The notes beneath the pieces were generated by a model that saw only the letters and a list, made by a program, of their open reading frames with translations, was not told where the DNA came from and searched no databases. This document shows positions 17,807 through 27,231 of a DNA stretch of 64,000 nucleotides, piece after piece. Numbering within the stretch: position 1 is the stretch's first letter; each line of letters starts with the position of its first letter. This DNA comes from Dehalococcoidia bacterium (GTDB lineage: Bacteria > Chloroflexota > Dehalococcoidia > Lucifugimonadales > Australimonadaceae), in contig OZ241740.1 of assembly GCA_965200975.1 (NCBI GenBank), positions 1,858,636-1,922,635 on the forward strand, in the 5' to 3' direction. The translations under genes were made by a program, and so were the position numbers.

Positions 17807-18751
17807 ATGCTGTCGCGCAGCGCGCAAGGCCTCTACTGGATGGGCCGCTATATCGAGCGCACCGAGCGCCTGTGCTGCCTTCTGCAAGCGCAGACCGCCG
17901 CGCTCGTTGACCGCCCCATCCGCGACCTCTACGCCGGATGGCGCCGCATCTACGGCAGCCTCCACCGAGAGCCCCCGGGCGGGCTCGATCTCGCGGAGAA
18001 CGACGATTACACGCTCGCCGACTCTTTCACGCTTGCAGGAGACCTCACTTTCGAGCGCGCCAACCCCGACTCGCTATGGGGATGCTTTGCGCAAGCGCGC
18101 GAAAACGCCCGCCAGAACCGGCGCCTGATCACCTCGGAGATGTGGCTCCGCATCAACCTCGCCTACCTCCGCATCCGCGACATCGAAATCGAGCATATCT
18201 GGGCCGACCACCCCGAAAAGTTCTACGCCGGCCTCATCGCCGAAGCCGACGCTTTCAACGGCGCCGCCGCAACCACGATGTACCGCGACGAGGGCTGGCA
18301 CTTCTTCCAGCTCGGCAGATCTGTCGAGAGGGCCCAGCTCAACCCTGCCCTGCTGCTCGAACAGCTCGCTATCGACGCTGAGGAAGGCGAGTCCGTCGCT
18401 CAGGACTGGGAGAGCCTCCTGCGCGTGTTCCACGCGACCGACGCTTATCGCCGCAAGGGCGCCGTCGTACAAGCAGACGCCGTCCTCGATCTTCTTGTCG
18501 CCGACCCGCTGCTGCCGGGCTCGCTAATACAGTCGACGCAGCAGATCAAGAACGCGCTCGAGACGCTCGGCCCCGGCCCCGGCGCGGCTTCCGGCGAAGC
18601 CGCACTGCGTACTGCAGGCCGCCTGGTCGCCGCCTTGCAGTACGACTGGGTCGACGGCGAAGACCGCCCCGCCTTGCTCCGCCGGGCGGCAAGCCAGTGC
18701 CGCGACGCGCACTTCCTGATCGCCGGCGCCTACTTCGACTACACGGCGTAG
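17807..18751 (+). CDS. alpha-E domain protein (COG2307 / DUF403)
   Basis: 314 aa starting MLSRSAQGLYWMGRYIERTE, the hallmark N-terminus of the alpha-E family. It starts 3 nt after the ATP-grasp stop. Confidence 0.85.
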   Translation: MLSRSAQGLYWMGRYIERTERLCCLLQAQTAALVDRPIRDLYAGWRRIYGSLHREPPGGLDLAENDDYTLADSFTLAGDLTFERANPDSLWGCFAQARENARQNRRLITSEMWLRINLAYLRIRDIEIEHIWADHPEKFYAGLIAEADAFNGAAATTMYRDEGWHFFQLGRSVERAQLNPALLLEQLAIDAEEGESVAQDWESLLRVFHATDAYRRKGAVVQADAVLDLLVADPLLPGSLIQSTQQIKNALETLGPGPGAASGEAALRTAGRLVAALQYDWVDGEDRPALLRRAASQCRDAHFLIAGAYFDYTA

Positions 18752-18867
18752 CGCGGCCCCCGCCCGTGAGCGGAATCTTCACCGCCGAGCGTTCAGGTGC
18801 TATGGTTCTATCGTCCGATCGTTCCCTCCGTTCTCTGTCCGGCGAGACGTTACCCCGAGGTGAAGCA

Positions 18868-19050
18868 ATGGCTGAAGAGCGCAACCTGCTGACGACCATC
18901 AGTGGCGTCAACGGCACTGCCGAGGTGTACGAGGTCTACGACGACGGCTCAACGATGCCCTATTACGAGGCCCGGTTCGGAGATGTCGTGAGGTCGTTCG
19001 CAGCCGAGGGCGCCGCTTCTATCGAGGCGTCCGAACTCGCCGGAGCCTAG
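18868..19050 (+). CDS. hypothetical 60-aa acidic protein
   Basis: ATG at 18868 is preceded by GAGGTG. The sequence MAEERNLLTTISGVNGTAEVYEVYDDGSTMPYYEARFGDVV... has a non-repetitive, protein-like composition. No family recognised. Confidence 0.35.
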   Translation: MAEERNLLTTISGVNGTAEVYEVYDDGSTMPYYEARFGDVVRSFAAEGAASIEASELAGA

Positions 19051-19230
19051 GGCTCGCCGAGCGTCTGCGCTTCCCCCAGGCCGCGTAACTGGTGAACCTC
19101 AGCAACTCCCGGAGCAGGAGCGTCTGGCTAAGCTAGCTCTCCCGCAACACGTTATGGACTCTGCACAGTCACAGACCTCTCGTTGGCGTTGACCGCCGTC
19201 AAGCCACACTGCTACGCTCGCATACAGCCG

Positions 19231-20631
19231 ATGCCCTCTCCTCGCCAAGGACCCACTCCGGGCCTCACCTACGCCGAAGCCCTACACCGTCTGCTCAGCC
19301 TCGCCGACTACGAGCGAATGGCCGGCATTGCCGCGCCCGAGTTCAAGTACGACCTCACGCGTATGCGCGAGCTCGCCGGCCGGCTCGGCGTCCTCAACCA
19401 CGGCCTGCCCCTGGTTCACGTCGCCGGCACCAAGGGCAAGGGCAGCGTCGCCGCGATGACCGACAGCATCTTTCGCGCCGCGGGGCTCCGCTCCGGACTC
19501 TACACGTCCCCCCACCTCCACACCTTTCGCGAGCGCATCCGCATCGACGGCGCGCCGCTCTCAGAGGAGGCGTTCGCAGCCGCAATCGAGTCCATCTGGC
19601 CCGTCGTCGAACAGATGGCCGCCGAGTCCATCGGAGCGCCAAGCACCTTCGAGGCGCTCACCGCTATGGCGATGAGCGTGTTCCTCGCGGAGGGCGTCGA
19701 GGCCGTCGTTCTCGAAGTAGGCCTCGGCGGGCGCCTCGACGCCACCAACGTGTTCGACTCGAACGTGGCTGTTGTCACGACGCTGAGCCTCGACCATACC
19801 GCTATCCTCGGCCCCACGCTGCGAGAGATCGCCGCAGAGAAAGCCGGCATCATCAAACGCCCGCAGCCGGTCGTATCGGCAAGTCAGGAGGCTGAGGCGG
19901 CGCTCGTCATAGCCCGGCGGTGCGAGGAGACGGGCGCAACTCTGACCGTCGCAAACAGGGATTTCAGCTTCCGCGCAATAGAGCGTCACGGGCTCGATGG
20001 GCAGACCGTCGAGATCGAGTCGCCGCCGCGACGCTACCGCGCCTTCCTGCCTCTGCTCGGCAGGCATCAGACCGAGAACGCCGCTTTGGCCGCAGCCGCA
20101 GCCGAGCGCGTTCCGGTTGCTATCTCCTCCGCCGACATCGAGGCGGGCCTCGCCGCTGTACGCTGGGATGGACGCTTCCAGGTTATAGGGCGTGCGCCGC
20201 ACATCATCGTCGACGGCGCACACAATCCCCACTCGATGAAGCGTCTGGGCGAGACCGTGCAGGAGTGTCTGCCCGGCGCCCGCGCCCATGTCGTGTTCGG
20301 CGCCTCCGCCGACAAGCAACTCGACGACGTTGCGCGGATGCTGGCGCAGTTCGCGCACTGCGTCTACACCGTGGCGTCCCGCCATCCTCGGGCCGCCCGG
20401 CCCGACGAACTCGCCGCGCACGTCGCATACGCCGGCGGGCAGGCCGAGAGCGTCGGCGCCGTTGGCGACGCGATCGACGTCGCGCTCAGCCGCTGCGGCA
20501 GCGACGACCTGGTGCTCGTCACCGGCTCGCTCTTCGTGGCGGCCGAGGCGCTGCAACTGCAACTGGGCATCCCCGGAGAGCACTATCCGGAGTTCGACCC
20601 TCAGGGCGGTGCGCTCGGACGAAGCATGTGA
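19231..20631 (+). CDS. folC: bifunctional folylpolyglutamate synthase / dihydrofolate synthase
   Basis: Reads VHVAGTKGKGSV...YTSPHL..F.ERI...EVGLGGRLDATN....LDH...LG.T...IA.EKAGI.K...DGAHNP. The start is taken as ATG 19231; TTG 19183 is also possible. Confidence 0.9.
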   Translation: MPSPRQGPTPGLTYAEALHRLLSLADYERMAGIAAPEFKYDLTRMRELAGRLGVLNHGLPLVHVAGTKGKGSVAAMTDSIFRAAGLRSGLYTSPHLHTFRERIRIDGAPLSEEAFAAAIESIWPVVEQMAAESIGAPSTFEALTAMAMSVFLAEGVEAVVLEVGLGGRLDATNVFDSNVAVVTTLSLDHTAILGPTLREIAAEKAGIIKRPQPVVSASQEAEAALVIARRCEETGATLTVANRDFSFRAIERHGLDGQTVEIESPPRRYRAFLPLLGRHQTENAALAAAAAERVPVAISSADIEAGLAAVRWDGRFQVIGRAPHIIVDGAHNPHSMKRLGETVQECLPGARAHVVFGASADKQLDDVARMLAQFAHCVYTVASRHPRAARPDELAAHVAYAGGQAESVGAVGDAIDVALSRCGSDDLVLVTGSLFVAAEALQLQLGIPGEHYPEFDPQGGALGRSM

Positions 20632-21893
20632 TGACCGAACTACTGCGCAACGGGCGCAAACGCGTCGTCGTCACCGGCGTCGGTGCCGTAACCCCGCTGG
20701 GGGAATCGGCGGACGAATTCTGGGACGGGCTTGCCGCCGGGCGCTCCGGAGTCGGCCCTATGACTCTTGCCGATCCAACCGACTACCCTTGCCAGATATC
20801 GGGCGAGGTTTCGGGTTTCGATCCTGAGCGCTACCTCGACAAGCGCGAGGCGCGGCGTCTCGCCCGTTTCTCTCAGCTTGCTATCGTCGCGGCGGACGAG
20901 GCTATGCGCCACGCGTGCGTCACCCGCGAGAACGTCGACCTCGACCGGATGGGCGTCTACCTCGGCAACGGCAACGGCGGCTTTCCGACAATCGATGAGA
21001 GTATGCGCGTGCTCGTCGCTCGGGGAGGCATGCGCCTGTCGCCTTTCTTCTTTCCGATGGCGCTGCCGAATATGGCGGCGGCCAACGTGAGCCGCCGCTT
21101 CTCCGCGCGAGGCCCCAGCAGCACGATCGTCACCGCCTGCGCCGCCTCGACCCAGTCGATTGGCGACGCCGCGGAGGTTATCCGGCGCGGCGCCGCCGAC
21201 ATCATGGTCACGGGCGGGACCGAGGCCGGCATCAGCCAGCTTGGCCTTGCCGGGTTCTCGGTTATGCGCGCTCTGAGCGCCCGCAACGACGACCCTCCGC
21301 GCGCCAGCCGTCCTTTCGACGCTGACCGCAACGGGTTCGTGCCCGCCGAAGGCGCCGGCATCCTCATAATCGAGTCCCTCGAACACGCGCTCCGGCGCGA
21401 CGCCCCAATTCTTGCGGAGGTCGCCGGCTACGGCGCTTCTTCCGACGCCAACCATCAGTTTCAGCCCGACGACGACGGCGCGGGCGCCAGCCGCGCCATA
21501 CGATGGGCGCTCGCCGACGCCGGCGCCGCTCCCAACGAGATCGACTACATCAACGCTCACGGCACATCGACGCCGCTCAACGACGCGTCGGAGACGCTCG
21601 CCATCAAGCGCGCCTTCGGGGACTTCGCCTACAAGACGCCCATCAGCTCTACGAAGTCGATGATCGGCCACGCGCTGGGAGGCGCCGGGGGGCTCGAAGC
21701 GGTCGCGTGCGTGAAGACTATCCTCACCGGCACTATCCACCCCACCATCAACTACACGACGCCGGACCCCGCCTGCGACCTGGACTACGTGCCTAACAAG
21801 GCCCGCGCAGCCGACGTGCGGACGGTGCTCTCGAACAGTTTCGGGTTCGGCGGGCAGAACGCCTGCCTCGTTTTCCGGCGGTACGAAAGCTAG
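20631..21893 (+). CDS. fabF: beta-ketoacyl-ACP synthase II
   Basis: ATG at 20631 shares one nucleotide with the folC TGA. Reads RVVVTGVGAVTPLG...ACASS...INAHGTSTP.ND..E..A....SSTKSM.GH.LGA.G..E...NSFGFGG.N. Confidence 0.93.
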   Translation: MTELLRNGRKRVVVTGVGAVTPLGESADEFWDGLAAGRSGVGPMTLADPTDYPCQISGEVSGFDPERYLDKREARRLARFSQLAIVAADEAMRHACVTRENVDLDRMGVYLGNGNGGFPTIDESMRVLVARGGMRLSPFFFPMALPNMAAANVSRRFSARGPSSTIVTACAASTQSIGDAAEVIRRGAADIMVTGGTEAGISQLGLAGFSVMRALSARNDDPPRASRPFDADRNGFVPAEGAGILIIESLEHALRRDAPILAEVAGYGASSDANHQFQPDDDGAGASRAIRWALADAGAAPNEIDYINAHGTSTPLNDASETLAIKRAFGDFAYKTPISSTKSMIGHALGGAGGLEAVACVKTILTGTIHPTINYTTPDPACDLDYVPNKARAADVRTVLSNSFGFGGQNACLVFRRYES

Positions 21894-21983
21894 GGCCAGC
21901 CCCTCCTCCGCGCGCGGGGGAGAGAGCCGCCCCGGTCGATCGCGTCTATAGCGTCTATCGCGTCGCTCCCGGGGCGCGCGACG

Positions 21984-22376
21984 CTAGCGGCTGGCGGGTT
22001 CGGCGTAGTTGATGCGCTCGTTGATGATGCGGCCGGTGCCGTGCTCGACCTTCACGGTGTCCTTCGTCGCGCCGGAGCGCGTGCCTATCATAATCAGCGG
22101 CTTGTCCGTGCGGTTATGCAGCTGGTAGAACGATCCGCCGGTGATCGTCGCCATCATTCCTGGCGCCAGCACAGTGCTCCCGCCGTCGGGGAAGTTCATC
22201 GTGAGTTCGCCCTCCACGACCTGGAACGTCTGGTCCTGGTTGTGGCAGTGCATCTCGTCGATCTGGTCGGGCTTGTAGTAGTGGACCCACACGTGGAAGC
22301 GGTTGGTGTCCAGCACCACCGTGCGTTTCTGCGTCTCGTGGCCGTATGCACGCGTGTCGTAAACCTCGATAGGCAT
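21984..22376 (-). CDS. cupin domain protein
   Basis: ATG at 22376 is preceded by GGGGAGG. The protein has the cupin motifs ..DEMHCHNQDQTFQVVEGE.. and ..GGSFYQLHN... Confidence 0.75.
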   Translation of the reverse strand: MPIEVYDTRAYGHETQKRTVVLDTNRFHVWVHYYKPDQIDEMHCHNQDQTFQVVEGELTMNFPDGGSTVLAPGMMATITGGSFYQLHNRTDKPLIMIGTRSGATKDTVKVEHGTGRIINERINYAEPASR

Positions 22377-22551
22377 CGGAATCGCCTCCCCGCTGCTATT
22401 GCGAGGCACTCTAGGGAGCATCGCGCGGGGTGTCAATTCCGGCGTCTGTTCGCAGCTGTACGGAGTCGATGAGTCAGGCGCGGCTAATCGCGCGCATCCG
22501 AATCGGGAGAGAGCTCGCCGCCCCCTTCCGGGGCCCTGTAGTTGGCCGTTA

Positions 22552-22594
22552 CGGAAAAGAGACCGCCGGCAGGGCGGGGGCCCTGCCGGCGGTC
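22552..22594 (-). terminator. intrinsic terminator of the DUF11-repeat surface protein gene
   Basis: A perfect 15-bp stem (GACCGCCGGCAGGGC / GCCCTGCCGGCGGTC) with a 4-nt loop. On the minus strand it is followed by TCTTTTCC. It lies 40 nt after the stop at 22635. Confidence 0.65.
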
Positions 22595-22634
22595 TGCCGG
22601 TTGCGGTCTGGTCTGCGGGACAGGCCCGCTCGCC

Positions 22635-25190
22635 TTACGGTTCGATGACCGTCGTGCCCTCCTGGGCGCTGACCGGAGTCTGGAACTCGTCGTGGGTCAG
22701 CGTCGCTGTCGTTACAGCTTCGTGCCTGTCCATGCCGTCCGACAGTTCATTCGCCATCGTCGTAACGACGAAGGTGATACTGTCGTCGACTGCGAGCTCC
22801 TCGGAGAGCGCCAGGGTTACGGTCATGCCGTCCTCGCTCAGCGTCGCCCTCTCGTCCGATATGCCAGTCACGGTCAGACCGCTGTCGACTTCGACATTGA
22901 TCTGGACGCCCGTGATGGCGGAGCGGCCCTGGTTGTTGACAGTCACGGTGAACTCAATCGATTCACCCTCGAGCACCGGGTCGACGTTGTCGGTTATGGC
23001 GATCGTGGCGCCTGCGGCGGGGACCACCCTAACTTCGAACGCCGCTGTCGCGGATGCGCCTTCCGTGGTGGAGACGCCCGCCGTCTTGCTGATCATCCCG
23101 ACGACCTCCGCCTGCATCACCACCGTCGCCGTGGCCTGGCCGCCGACCGCAATGTCGCCGATCTGCCAGGTGAGTTGCGCGCCGTCGGAGGAGATTGACG
23201 CCATCGGATCAGATGTCACGTACGACATACCGGCCGGAATGCTCTCGGTGATCGTCGCTCCGGTCAGGTGGGCGTCGCCCGTGTTGGTTGCGGTCAGCTG
23301 GTAGGCGGCCTGGTTGCCGATGAACAGGACGCTCCGCCCAGTGATCTCCAGGTCAATCGCGGGCGCCTGGATGTGAGTCATAGCGGTCGCCTCAGTCACT
23401 GCGGTCGCATCGCCGTCGGCGGAGGCCACGCCCATGTTGGCTTGCATGCCGCCCTGGACGCCCACCACGGTGAGAGACACCGTGCGGGACGCGCCCGGCT
23501 GCAGTTCGCCGAGGTTCCACTGCACCATCTGGCCGTCCACGTGGGCGGCAGGCTCGGCGCTGACGTACTGCAGGCCGTCCGGCAGCGTGTCAGTGAGAGT
23601 GGCGTTGTACGCCGACCCGTCGCCGGTGTTGGCGATGGTGAGGGTGTAGTCGAACGGCGTGCCGATCAGTACGGACTCGGGGCCGGTCTTGCTCGCTGAG
23701 AGGATCGGCCTCACGACCTGGGTCGTTGTGGCGTCGTCAGCCGAGCCGCCCTCTGCCGAGGTTACGGTCACCTTGTTCTCCTGCGGGCCGGGCTGGTCCG
23801 CCCGCAGCACGATCTGCACTGTCTCCGCGTTGCCCTGTTCCAGCGTGCCGATATCGAACGTCACGTGGCTGTCGTCCGACGACACCGGATCCTGGGAGGC
23901 GGACACGAAGGACATGCCATCCGGAATGGTGTCGATCAGCCGGATCTGGGTGTTCGCGCCCGTGCCGGAGCTGAGCACCTGCACGGTGTAGGTGGCCAGA
24001 CCGCCAAGGTCGACCTCGTCCGGGCCGGACTTACGGACCTCGAGCGTGCCGGGCACCACGGCTGTGGAGACCATCGTTTCGGAGCTCAGGTCTTCAGCAG
24101 AGGCCAGGCGCAGGCTGCTGATCTGCAGGCCGGCGTGGGCCGACTGGGCAGTGACGCTCAGCATCGAGACCTGATCGATGTTCAGCGTGCCGATGTTCCA
24201 CGTCACCGTCTGGCCGAGGCCTGTCTCCGTGGCGGCCACGGATGCGGGCTGGAGGCTGGAGGAGACGAAGCCGAGGCCCATGGGCAGTTCCATGGTCAGC
24301 ACGGTTTCGGTCGCGGGGAAGTCGCCGAAGTTGGCCACTTGGATCTCGTAGGTGACATCACGCAGCAGACCCACTGCGCCCGGCCCGCTGGCGCTTACGC
24401 TGAGCACCGGCGACTTCCAGACCTTGACCATGGTGTGATCAAACATCGTCCTGCCGTCGTCGGTGAGCACTTCAATGTAAACGGAGTTGTCGCCGAGGCT
24501 CGGCGCCGCCTGTGTGAGCGTCACGTTCACAACGCCGCTCGCGTCGGTCACGCCCTCGATCATGTTGCCGTCGCCTGAGGCGTCGGCGAACTGAGCGTTC
24601 GGCTGGTCATCCGTAATGTAGAAGCGGACCGGCACGCCTTCGACAGCGGAGCCGTCGGAAACGTTGTACACCCCGACAACGATGGGGTGAGGCATGCCTG
24701 TGGGGTTCTCGGCGTCTCCGGGGAAGCGGGGGCAGCCGTCGACCCAGTGGACAACGCCAAAGGACTTGTGCGCGTCATCGTTGGTTACAGCCGGAGCGAA
24801 CGCGGTGACGTCGGTGTCGCCCGGACGGGTGGCTGTAAGCGTCGCGGTGGCTTGCCCGTTCGCGTTGGCGTCGGCCGTCGCATAGGTGTTGTCGACCTTC
24901 GATGGGTTGGCGCCGCTGACAGCGACGATGTCGCCGACGGCCTGCGGGAAGCGGTTGAGGATGAACTCGACCCCTGAACCGGCTACGCCGCCGCCGCCGT
25001 CCGCTACGGAGGCGGTCAGGGTCTGGTGGTCCCGAATGCAACTCCAGGACTCGGCAGGCGTCAGCGACACAGAAGTAGGAGTGCGGGCGTCTGAGGAGTC
25101 GCCGGGGGTTTGCGCGGACGCAACGCTGAGCGCCGCCAGAAGCAGCACAAGCAGCATTGCGGGGCCGACTAGTCGTATCGCTGTACGCAC
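22635..25190 (-). CDS. secreted/surface protein with Ig-like and DUF11 (conserved repeat) domains
   Basis: 851 aa. N-terminal signal peptide (MRTAIRLVGPAMLLVLLLAALSVASA). At least 5 repeats follow the pattern Y.[LI]...N.G...A....[LI].[DE].[LI]P.G[ML].[FY]V[ST], as in DUF11/TIGR01451. Confidence 0.85.
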   Translation of the reverse strand: MRTAIRLVGPAMLLVLLLAALSVASAQTPGDSSDARTPTSVSLTPAESWSCIRDHQTLTASVADGGGGVAGSGVEFILNRFPQAVGDIVAVSGANPSKVDNTYATADANANGQATATLTATRPGDTDVTAFAPAVTNDDAHKSFGVVHWVDGCPRFPGDAENPTGMPHPIVVGVYNVSDGSAVEGVPVRFYITDDQPNAQFADASGDGNMIEGVTDASGVVNVTLTQAAPSLGDNSVYIEVLTDDGRTMFDHTMVKVWKSPVLSVSASGPGAVGLLRDVTYEIQVANFGDFPATETVLTMELPMGLGFVSSSLQPASVAATETGLGQTVTWNIGTLNIDQVSMLSVTAQSAHAGLQISSLRLASAEDLSSETMVSTAVVPGTLEVRKSGPDEVDLGGLATYTVQVLSSGTGANTQIRLIDTIPDGMSFVSASQDPVSSDDSHVTFDIGTLEQGNAETVQIVLRADQPGPQENKVTVTSAEGGSADDATTTQVVRPILSASKTGPESVLIGTPFDYTLTIANTGDGSAYNATLTDTLPDGLQYVSAEPAAHVDGQMVQWNLGELQPGASRTVSLTVVGVQGGMQANMGVASADGDATAVTEATAMTHIQAPAIDLEITGRSVLFIGNQAAYQLTATNTGDAHLTGATITESIPAGMSYVTSDPMASISSDGAQLTWQIGDIAVGGQATATVVMQAEVVGMISKTAGVSTTEGASATAAFEVRVVPAAGATIAITDNVDPVLEGESIEFTVTVNNQGRSAITGVQINVEVDSGLTVTGISDERATLSEDGMTVTLALSEELAVDDSITFVVTTMANELSDGMDRHEAVTTATLTHDEFQTPVSAQEGTTVIEP

Positions 25191-25380
25191 AGAATCACCT
25201 CATCTCATTAGATGGCTAGGGGCTATCATAGTATAGCCGTCGCTCAATAGTCGATAGCAGCGAGGCATTTTTCCGGAACCCTATTCCCCAAATTGGCCCG
25301 ATTGGCCCGCGGCCCTACAGGCTGAATCCCCTTCGGTTAGGCCCCGGCGCCGTCCTCTGCGCCGTTCGCTTCTCCGGCAG

Positions 25381-25456
25381 TGGCGCCCCTGCAGGGACTC
25401 GAACCCTGGCGCATGGTTTAGGAAACCACTGCTCTATCCGCCTGAGCTACAGGGGC
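25381..25456 (-). tRNA. tRNA-Arg (anticodon CCU), CCA encoded
   Basis: The reverse complement is GCCCCTGTAGCTCAGGCGGATAGAGCA-GTGGT-TTCCTAA-ACCAT...CAGGGTTCGAGTCCCTG-CAGGGGC-G-CCA. The cloverleaf folds by eye. Confidence 0.9.
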
Positions 25457-25464
25457 GTGAGCGC

Positions 25465-25908
25465 TTAGGGAATGACCGGGCCCATCGATCGTTTCCTCGT
25501 CTCCAGACTCACGAACGTCTCCGTCTGACGTACGCCTTCAACGGTGCCGACCTTGTGGTGCAGGAACGAAGCGAGCGCCTCGGAGCTGGCGAGGTTCACC
25601 CAGATGAAGATGTCGTAGCTCCCTGTCGTTATCGCCACATGCTCGGTCTCGGGCAGGCTCGCAAGCTTCTCTGCGACGCTCTCCACGCGCGACGGGTCGA
25701 TCTGGAGGCCGATGAACGCCGACGTGTGGAAGCCGAGCTGCTCAGGCTCGGCGATCGCGATCACCCGAATGACCCTATCCTTAAGCAGCTTGGCCAGGCG
25801 GCGGCGCACCGTGCCTTCGCTCACTCCCAGCTTGCGCGCCATCTGCGCGTGGGAGGCGCGGCCATCCGTCTGCAACAACTCGATTATCTTGCGGTCGACG
25901 TCGTCCAG
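25465..25908 (-). CDS. Lrp/AsnC family transcriptional regulator
   Basis: The HTH segment reads LLQTDGRASHAQMARKLGVSEGTVRRRLAKL and is followed by a RAM/AsnC_trans_reg domain. The track starts at TTG 25878. The frame also reads LDDVDRKIIE upstream, with GAGGAG 7 nt before CTG 25908, so I extend the call to 25908. The conservative start remains 25878. Confidence 0.85.
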   Translation of the reverse strand: MDDVDRKIIELLQTDGRASHAQMARKLGVSEGTVRRRLAKLLKDRVIRVIAIAEPEQLGFHTSAFIGLQIDPSRVESVAEKLASLPETEHVAITTGSYDIFIWVNLASSEALASFLHHKVGTVEGVRQTETFVSLETRKRSMGPVIP

Positions 25909-26078
25909 TTTCGTTCTCCTCGCAATTGCAGAACCGCCCCTTCACTCCGGCCCAAGCCGTCAACGGGGGGAAATTCTACCGGGAACCCGCAGGAATCGTC
26001 AATCACGGCGCCGCAAACCGCAACAGAATCAGCAATCTCACAGAACGCTGTGATGGAAATCGTCAGCCTGCACGCGCT

Positions 26079-26303
26079 CTAACGCTGGATGCGGGCGTCG
26101 TTGCGCGGTTGGAAGATCGAGCCTGCGCCCGGAAGGTCCGCCGGAAGGGTGCGGCCTTCCCGTCCCACGCCCGCAATCCGCCCCCGGGAGAGCACGCCAA
26201 GCGCCGACGCGGCCATGCCCACGATCGCCGCGCGCATCAGGAAGCTGCGCCGGGAGACTCCGCCGTTACTCGTTGGTTGGGACGATTGGACTTCGTGGGA
26301 CAT
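26079..26303 (-). CDS. hypothetical small protein with a twin-arginine (Tat) signal
   Basis: 74 aa. GGAG lies 6 nt before the ATG. SRRSFLMRAAIVGMAASALG is a canonical Tat motif plus h-region. Confidence 0.45.
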   Translation of the reverse strand: MSHEVQSSQPTSNGGVSRRSFLMRAAIVGMAASALGVLSRGRIAGVGREGRTLPADLPGAGSIFQPRNDARIQR

Positions 26304-26499
26304 CTCGCTCCGTTCCTTGACCTTAGGGCGGGTCGTGCGCTCCGGCGGACATCTCTATGCCGCTGAGGAGCGCGCTCAGCGGCCCATTCTAGCAGCGCAG
26401 CATCCGATTTCAAGCGCGCTGCGCCCCTGGTAACTGCCAGAGTGAGAGTAGATAAGGGCGTGCAGTAGCGCGGCAGGTGGAGCTTGGGCGCGGGCGACT

Positions 26500-26697
26500 G
26501 GGGCGTGAGCGCTGCCGCGCTGCCGGGAGAGCGTCCGCTCCCCCAGACCCCCTGGCAGCCGGGGGCGTGAGCGCTGCCGCGCTGCCGGGAGAGCGTCCGC
26601 TCCCCCAGACCCCCTGGCAGCCGGGGGCGTCAGCGCCGGCGCGCTACTGGGAGAGCGTCCGCTCCCCCAGACCCCCTGGCAGCCGGGAGGCGTGAGC
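26500..26697. repeat. tandem array, 3 x 62 bp, of the dispersed repeat family
   Basis: The core GGGAGAGCGTCCGCTCCCCCAGACCCCCTGGCAGCCGGG starts at 26525, 26587 and 26649, an exact 62-bp period. The first two units are identical. Confidence 0.9.
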
Positions 26698-26897
26698 ATT
26701 GGCTGGTTTAGGAGCCGCCAGTATGGGAAATCCATCACAAAGCAGTTGACACTCCACATGCGCTAGTCTACCGTAGGCATGCTGTAAGGCGGTCGCCTGA
26801 CTAAACGAGCAAGCGCTCGGGCGCCCGCTAGCCAACCGACCGCCGCGCACCAACGGATCGCCGGCATCCGCAGGGCAGCGCGGCCTTGGACAGTAGA

Positions 26898-27200
26898 ATG
26901 ACTGGGCCAGACCCCAACTTCATAACCTCGCAGGACTGGGCAGGCGCGAGCGACCTGCTCGCATCCCTGTGGCTCATTGCCGCCGCCGCCATAGGGTTCG
27001 GGTCTGCGATGCTTCTGGCGCACGGCATGTTCCCCTCTCTGGCTATCTCCCGCGACGTCCCCCATACCGTCGCGCGCCGGGTGCGCCCCGCCCTTTACGC
27101 CGCCGCTCTCTTCTTTATGGCGATGCTCATCTACGGCATAACACTGTTCATCGACAGGCTCTGGGTCATCTCAGCTATCTTCTACGGAGGCGCTCAATAG
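26898..27200 (+). CDS. hypothetical membrane protein upstream of the ACIII cluster
   Basis: About 100 aa with hydrophobic segments (LLASLWLIAAAAIGFGSAMLLA; ALYAAALFFMAMLIYGITLFI). ATG 26898 or TTG 26886 could be the start. Confidence 0.45.
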   Translation: MTGPDPNFITSQDWAGASDLLASLWLIAAAAIGFGSAMLLAHGMFPSLAISRDVPHTVARRVRPALYAAALFFMAMLIYGITLFIDRLWVISAIFYGGAQ

Positions 27201-27231
27201 GTCGGGGCTCTCCCCGCCGGTCTCTTTACAT

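Noticed and set aside
25200-25460. tRNA-Arg as an integration site for the adjacent DUF11 surface-protein gene
   Set aside because: There is no integrase and no direct repeat of the tRNA 3' end in the window. The surface-protein gene has the same high GC as its surroundings.
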